A stretch of 64,000 nt of DNA, taken from positions 83,928-147,927 of IMG/VR virus record IMGVR_UViG_3300036768_000279. The stretch is one strand, 5' to 3'. Positions 59,480 through 64,000 of the stretch are shown here, piece after piece. How positions within the stretch are numbered: the first letter of the stretch is position 1; every line of letters begins with the position of its first letter. Below the pieces are notes generated by a model. The model was not told the DNA's origin and did no database searches. It saw only the letters and a program-made list of their open reading frames with translations. Origin of the DNA: a virus. Position numbers and translations under genes: made by a program.

Positions 59480-60017
59480 GGTTAGAGTATACCTCTATTT
59501 CAAGCCTTGTCAAGCTCTTTCAGTGCAACAAGCAAGGCTTGATTATTGCGAATTGTGCGTTCTAACGCAGAACGCATGCGGGCGATTTCTTCTTTGTACC
59601 AAACGTTTGCCACTAATCCTCCAGATCTTCTCCATAGAGGGTAATCAGCTCAGCCTTCTTAGGCAGCACGACTTTAGTCACAACCGCAGCACCGGCAACA
59701 ATAGCGGCTACTCCAATGCATACGACGCACATATGTTTATCTCTTTTCAAGCACTTCAATCACCCACTTCAACATGGATACCTGACCTTCAAGTCGGGCG
59801 ACTCTCATGCTAGGTGGCGAGCTATAGTCTGAGCTTTGAGCATAAGCCAGTTCTTGGGCCGCTCGCTCGCGATCCGTTTCTTCGAGTTTGTTCTTGAAGA
59901 TAGACACTAACGTGTCATTTTTGCGGTAAGATTGTGCAGTTTTACTGCATGCACAAGTATCACAAATCGGGCATGCTCTGTGACAAACACTGCAAATAAA
60001 ACATCCGTGAGTAGCCA

Positions 60018-60260
60018 TTAGCCATTATCTCTTTCAAGCTCTTTTCGAAGAACCTCCGTACACTTCTCACAAACCTTGCCAGAGACTTCATTGAGGCGAC
60101 CGAGGTCGATGCCCATGAGTTTGGTGCCGCAAATAGCGATTGTGCCTTCTTTGGCGGGGCGATCCTCGTTACGGATAATGTGAGCGATAGGAGGCCAGGA
60201 CGGCGGTACTTCGTCCGTCATGGGCTTTGTCACGGGCTCTGTGATGGTTTCTTTGGTCAT
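60018..60260 (-). CDS. DUF3039-like Zn-binding protein
   Basis: H...AICG...VCEKC; AGGA RBS. Confidence 0.55.
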   Translation of the reverse strand: MTKETITEPVTKPMTDEVPPSWPPIAHIIRNEDRPAKEGTIAICGTKLMGIDLGRLNEVSGKVCEKCTEVLRKELERDNG

Positions 60261-60623
60261 TAGCTCTTATCCTTTTCAAGCTGCTTCAAAATACTCCCCA
60301 GAGGAACCACGCCATGAAGAGTGGCATTTGTTGCGGCCGTAGAGCGTAAGTACGAAATCCTGGGCTGCCACACTTAGGCATATCTTAGTATCTTCATGCG
60401 TTCTTGTCATAGCTTTTGTTTCCACTACTCACACAGCCACGCTAGCAAAGTGATATCACTCCGCTATCATCATTAGTCTCTACCGCCCAACCCACTCACG
60501 GATCAACGCACTCTGGGGATAGGGGCTTGTTGCTTGAAATGGTTCGCCGCCGCAGATCTCGCATATACGAAACCTGAATGATAGCCGCTACCACGAGCAG
60601 CACGATCGCCGCAAGTACCCAGT

Positions 60624-60773
60624 TCATTCGGATTCTTCCTCTTCGTCAGCAGCAGTGACCCAGCCCGACTCCCACGAGTCGTATTCGTCGCTGCCTTCGT
60701 TGTACGGATTGTCACTAAGTTCGAAGCCTTCTCGGAAGGCCACGTATCCTTCTTGAAATGCTGTATCGTCCAT
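60624..60773 (-). CDS. 49-aa acidic Rmf/CrpP-fold-like protein (not in the ORF track)
   Basis: MDDTAFQEGYVAFREGFELSDNPYNEGSDEYDSWESGWVTAADEEEESE; promoter TTGACT-16-TATCAT at 60781..60808. Confidence 0.7.
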   Translation of the reverse strand: MDDTAFQEGYVAFREGFELSDNPYNEGSDEYDSWESGWVTAADEEEESE

Positions 60774-60834
60774 GCTCTGAATGATACACCTTTTCGAGAG
60801 GAAGTCAAGTGCCGCTTGAAAAAGAAGAAAGTGG

Positions 60835-60863
60835 TTGACCTCTGACAGGATTTGGTGTACTAT
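60835..60863 (+). promoter_or_regulatory. sigma70 promoter
   Basis: TTGACC-17-TACTAT. Confidence 0.75.
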
Positions 60864-60869
60864 CCACTT

Positions 60870-61032
60870 GCCTCTAACGGGGCGGATCTTTGAATCGGCA
60901 GGAGTCTAGCTAAGGCTCGTAAGATAGGTGTCCGCAAGCCCCAGTTCGGCAGCTTGGCACAATCTAGCAAATTGTGGTGTTTTTGAGGCGTATGCCAGAA
61001 CACCTGTTGACCTATCCTGCTTTTCGAGGTTT
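60870..61032 (+). ncRNA. Putative structured RNA
   Basis: GCAGGA/TCCTGC, ATAGG/CCTAT, CACAAT/ATTGTG, GGTGTT/AACACC; no ORF. Confidence 0.45.
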
Positions 61033-61035
61033 TGC

Positions 61036-61063
61036 TTGACATTGGGTGGAAACGTGATATGAT
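61036..61063 (+). promoter_or_regulatory. sigma70 promoter for tRNA-Met
   Basis: TTGACA-16-TATGAT. Confidence 0.8.
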
Positions 61064-61146
61064 GTAGTTGCCAGACTGATGACTCGAAAGAGTCACCACC
61101 CTACTATGCGTTAGCCGATAGCGACAAATCGGTGACAATCCAGGAC

Positions 61147-61223
61147 TGCGGAGTAGAGCAGTTTGGTAGCTCGTCACCCCCATAAGGTGAAGGCCGTCGG
61201 TTCAAATCCGACCTCCGCTACCA
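61147..61223 (+). tRNA. Initiator-like tRNA-Met(CAT), atypical
   Basis: U1:U72 mismatch, A11-U24, TCACC-CCCATAA-GGTGA, CCA. Confidence 0.85.
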
Positions 61224-61241
61224 TCAATGCCTCGCTTAGTA

Positions 61242-61355
61242 TATGCGTTGCATCAAGTGTGCTTTGGAAAACCAGATCTTTGTTTTGCGTTTTCGTAATC
61301 AAGAGACGGGAGCACGACATTCAACGTGTCGTGACTGTTTCAAGCTATACCGTTG
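61242..61355 (+). pseudogene. Zn-finger stub of an endonuclease
   Basis: MRCIKCALEN...RHSTCRDCFKLYR*. Confidence 0.5.
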
Positions 61356-61371
61356 AACTGGCATAGCAAGA

Positions 61372-61489
61372 ATTGGGCAAGGTGTAAAGAAGCGGACAAA
61401 GCCTGATCGCCGTCAATATCGATCAGCCACAAAACCGCAGCCAGTGACGGCTGGAAACGGCTCAATAAAACACTAGAGTCGTGCCCAAT
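61372..61489 (+). ncRNA. Putative multi-stem RNA
   Basis: ATTGGGCA/TGCCCAAT closing GTGT/ACAC, GCGG/CCGC, CTGATCG/CGATCAG; followed by a terminator. Confidence 0.45.
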
Positions 61490-61490
61490 C

Positions 61491-61533
61491 GAGGCACCGG
61501 GGGGGTTGATCCTTCGGTGTCTCTTTTCTTTTT
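61491..61533 (+). terminator. Rho-independent terminator
   Basis: GAGGCACCGGGGG...CCTTCGGTGTCTC followed by TTTTCTTTTT. Confidence 0.8.
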
Positions 61534-61599
61534 CAAGCACCGGGGGTCTTACAACAGTCGTTTTCAAACACCCATCAAACAAGTATGGGGGTGGTTTTG

Positions 61600-61719
61600 A
61601 AAAGTCTAGCGACCTGTAGTTTCCCCTTACTATGGTTTCCTAAAATTCTAGCGACACGGGATTTCCCCTTACTATAGCCGCCGCCCCAAAATGCTAGCGG
61701 CCTCAGGAATCCCCTTACT
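61600..61719. repeat. Three direct repeats AAAA-NN-CTAGCG-N14-CTTACT (fourth copy at 62050..62081)
   Basis: Copies at 61600, 61642 and 61688 with invariant 14-nt spacing. Confidence 0.85.
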
Positions 61720-61816
61720 TACCCCCCCCCCGAGAACACAGAGCAAACTGGGGCCGGGCGTGCTACACTCCGCGTCTCCTTCGGGAGGAGCATCTCGTTC
61801 GCAATGCGTACACCAG

Positions 61817-61845
61817 AGTGTACTACGTTTTCAAGCCCTTGTCAA
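61817..61845 (-). promoter_or_regulatory. sigma70 promoter (ncRNA unit A)
   Basis: TTGACA-17-TACACT. Confidence 0.8.
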
Positions 61846-62179
61846 GTGGCGTTCTTGAAAAGAAAGGCCGATTCCAAATTATGTGGCGGCCCGATTCGTG
61901 ACCGGGCATCTCGGAAATGGAGAAATCAGCACGGCTCTGGACATACCGGGATATCGGCAAAGCGGCTTGAAAAACCCATTTGATTTCGCTTTTCAAACGA
62001 GCACAAAAATCTCAGGTGCTTGGTTCAATACCTTACTTAGCGTTTTCTGAAAGTGCCAGCGGCCTCAGCAACTCGCTTACTTGTGCTTTTCAAGTGTAGG
62101 AAGACTGGGAACCGGGCGTACTCAACCTCTTCCCCTTAGAGGGAGCACCACCCGGTTGCCGACGCAGTGCATTCACACT

Positions 62180-62207
62180 AGCGTATCATGTTCTTGAAAG
62201 TTGTCAA
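62180..62207 (-). promoter_or_regulatory. sigma70 promoter (ncRNA unit B)
   Basis: TTGACA-16-TACGCT. Confidence 0.7.
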
Positions 62208-62390
62208 ACAAGAACTGGACGATCCTACTCAGAACTCACTTATCGGCAACGGGAAACCATTGCTGGTCTACTTGGACTTTTGCTCGAAAGAGTTACGTTC
62301 CGTAACCGCTAAACAGCGTCGGCGGTGATCGTCCGAACCGGACTTGCCTTATGAATCTTGTTCCTTTGGCGACTCCAGTTCTTGTTTGAC
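62203..62390 (-). ncRNA. Putative 188-nt RNA closed by a perfect 17-bp helix (unit C)
   Basis: GTCAAACAAGAACTGGA / TCCAGTTCTTGTTTGAC; 5' end coincides with the expected TSS. Confidence 0.65.
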
Positions 62391-62395
62391 GCCAG

Positions 62396-62424
62396 AGGAT
62401 ACTATGTTTTCAAGCCTCTGTCAA
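62396..62424 (-). promoter_or_regulatory. sigma70 promoter (unit C)
   Basis: TTGACA-17-TATCCT. Confidence 0.75.
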
Positions 62425-62439
62425 GAAGAATCTTGAAAA

Positions 62440-62735
62440 TGTGCGGACCCCTCCCCGCGTCAAGCCTGTGCCGCATAGCCCTTCGGCATAGCGTTGAGGC
62501 TTTCCAACAATAACAGCTTGTTGCGGTTCCGCAACAGAGAGGTAGTCTTTGCCGTCTCTCCGGCTGTCAAGAGGGATTCCAGGTTCTTCTGCACTTCCTG
62601 GATCCCGGAACCAACCCATCGTGCAGGGTCGGTTTCTTTCCAGATTCCCTCGCGGTTCACTGGCGATAGTCAAGGACTGTTAGGAGCACAAAACGCCCCG
62701 GATTGCTCCGGGGGAGACCGGCTCGCCTTGACAGC
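62440..62735 (-). ncRNA. Putative ~300-nt structured RNA (unit D)
   Basis: Many nested stems and a possible kissing loop; promoter TTGACT-16-TACTAT at 62739..62766. Confidence 0.6.
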
Positions 62736-62875
62736 TACATAGTACACGGTGGACGCTTAGAGTCAAGCGATACGCTCGAAAAAAAAATCCACCGTTTCGT
62801 TTGCCATTCCCCAGAAACGGCGTATTCTATGGTGTCTCGCCAATCGGGGCGAACATACAACCAACAGGAAACGAC

Positions 62876-63781
62876 ATGACTACGACCCTCCAGAAGTTCC
62901 TTGAGGACAATGGTATGCACTACGATGTCATCAAGGAACAGGCGACCCGCACGAACAGCAAGGGTGAGATCGTGCCGATCGCAGGCCAATTCCACCTCAT
63001 TCGCTCGATCGATGAGGAAGTCATCAGCCCGTCCACCGTGTCCGAACGCTACTCGGTCACGAACCCCACGAAGATGTGCGACCCGCTCGCTCCGCTCGTG
63101 GCCGAAGGCTGGATCACCCCGGATAAGGGCTACCTGTTCAAGCGTGGGAGCTATGAGGTCGTTTCATTCGAAATGAACGCCTCGGAACTCGAAGACGGCG
63201 GCAAGATCGCGGGCGAAGAGTGGAAGCACTGGGTCAGTCTCCACAACCACCAGGGCGGTGGCGGGGGCCTCAAGGGCTCGATCACCAGCTTCCGCGTGGT
63301 CTGTGCCAACACGGCGGCGGCGGCGGCTCGCGAATCGTCCTTCACGATCCGTCACACGGGCGACATCGACGCCAATTACAAGTGGGCGATCGACCGCTGG
63401 CAGAAGCTCAAGGACAGCATCAAGAAGCTGTCGGAACGTATGACGGTCTTCGCGAATCTCAAGCTCTCGGCGAGCGAAGCAGAAGAGGCTCTTTACAAGC
63501 TCTACGATGTCGAGGGTCTGGCGGCGACTGAAATCAGCACCCGCACGGCGAACGAACTCGAATTCGCGATGACGGAATTCGCGAACCCCCGCCGGGGCAC
63601 GTTCGGCAAGACCGGCCTGGATCTCTTCAATGCGATCACGGCCACGAACTCGCACTATACCCCGAAGAATTCGAAGGAGTCGAGCGAGAAGCGTCTCGCG
63701 AGCATCTACGACGCCAACGGCACGCGGTTCAAGCTGGAAAGCGACGCCGTGAGCCTGCTGGAAGAGATGGCGGGCCTCTGA
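62876..63781 (+). CDS. DUF932/DUF945-family early protein
   Basis: RVVCANT, FTIRHTG, DLFNAIT; AGGA RBS; promoter TTGCCA-16-TATTCT at 62801..62828. Confidence 0.8.
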   Translation: MTTTLQKFLEDNGMHYDVIKEQATRTNSKGEIVPIAGQFHLIRSIDEEVISPSTVSERYSVTNPTKMCDPLAPLVAEGWITPDKGYLFKRGSYEVVSFEMNASELEDGGKIAGEEWKHWVSLHNHQGGGGGLKGSITSFRVVCANTAAAAARESSFTIRHTGDIDANYKWAIDRWQKLKDSIKKLSERMTVFANLKLSASEAEEALYKLYDVEGLAATEISTRTANELEFAMTEFANPRRGTFGKTGLDLFNAITATNSHYTPKNSKESSEKRLASIYDANGTRFKLESDAVSLLEEMAGL

Positions 63782-63785
63782 TTGT

Positions 63786-63818
63786 GACGAGGGCCGGTTG
63801 ACTAACCGGCCCTCGCAC
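63786..63818 (+). terminator. Hairpin overlapping the next promoter
   Basis: CGAGGGCCGGTT-GACT-AACCGGCCCTCG; overlaps TTGACT-17-TACGCT (63798..63826). Confidence 0.65.
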
Positions 63819-63833
63819 AGTACGCTCTCTCAG

Positions 63834-63989
63834 ATGCATCGCTGGCATCGAGACTACAATCGGTCGGCTCGACCGCCGCCCGATATCGTGAAGGACGCAA
63901 AAGTCCTTCTGAGTGAGTGGATATGGCTGCTGCTGTTTGCGATCGTGCTGGGTACGCTTAGCAGATTCTTCCACTGGACGGACGACTGA
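63834..63989 (+). CDS. Small membrane protein (leaderless)
   Basis: ATG 7 nt after the -10; one TM segment. Confidence 0.5.
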   Translation: MHRWHRDYNRSARPPPDIVKDAKVLLSEWIWLLLFAIVLGTLSRFFHWTDD

Positions 63990-64000
63990 TAGGGGGGGGG

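Noticed and set aside
61070-61100. Hammerhead ribozyme (CTGATGA...GAAA)
   Set aside because: GAAA is the loop of a simple TGACTC/GAGTCA hairpin; stems I and III and the second core strand are missing
61258-61275. BoxA antiterminator after tRNA-Met
   Set aside because: Better explained as part of the Zn-finger endonuclease stub coding sequence
61600-61719. CRISPR mini-array
   Set aside because: The repeats are degenerate and bipartite with only 10-14 nt between units, and there are no cas genes in the window
1-64000. Stop-codon recoding
   Set aside because: Conserved enzymes are full length in code 11 and use TAA, TGA and TAG as real stops; broken genes are deletions or frameshifts

Overview
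A 64-kb segment of a large tailed-phage (jumbo-type) genome in standard code 11. The host cannot be determined from this window. (1) 0.5-17.6 kb, + strand: IMPDH-like gene; a glycan cluster (GT2 and CgeB-like glycosyltransferases, four SAM methyltransferases, fcl, gmd); nucleotide metabolism (MazG, class II RNR, ThyX). (2) 17.6-25 kb, + strand: Ser-Gly-rich fibre/decoration proteins and a holin-like gene, several preceded by a TTAGTGTA motif. (3) 25-60.8 kb, - strand: PhoH, peptide deformylase, Met aminopeptidase, UDG, sigma factor, SMC-like ATPase, exonuclease, dNMP kinase, RNA ligase, CCA enzyme, SSB, a Prs-like + NAMPT-like (NARP1-type) pair, 18 mostly atypical tRNAs, rIIA/rIIB and Ro60/TROVE preceded by three Y-RNA-like genes. 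(4) 60.8-62.9 kb: an almost protein-free control region with eight sigma70 promoters, an atypical initiator tRNA, several structured RNAs I do not recognise, a repeated operator-like octamer and a bipartite repeat. (5) A DUF932 gene. About a dozen genes are reduced to internally deleted stubs, many keeping their start/stop overlaps. Best candidates for undescribed systems: the tandem ncRNA array, the glycan cluster plus SG-rich virion proteins, and the triple Y-RNA/Ro60 locus. All calls were made by eye and from motif recall; no searches were run.
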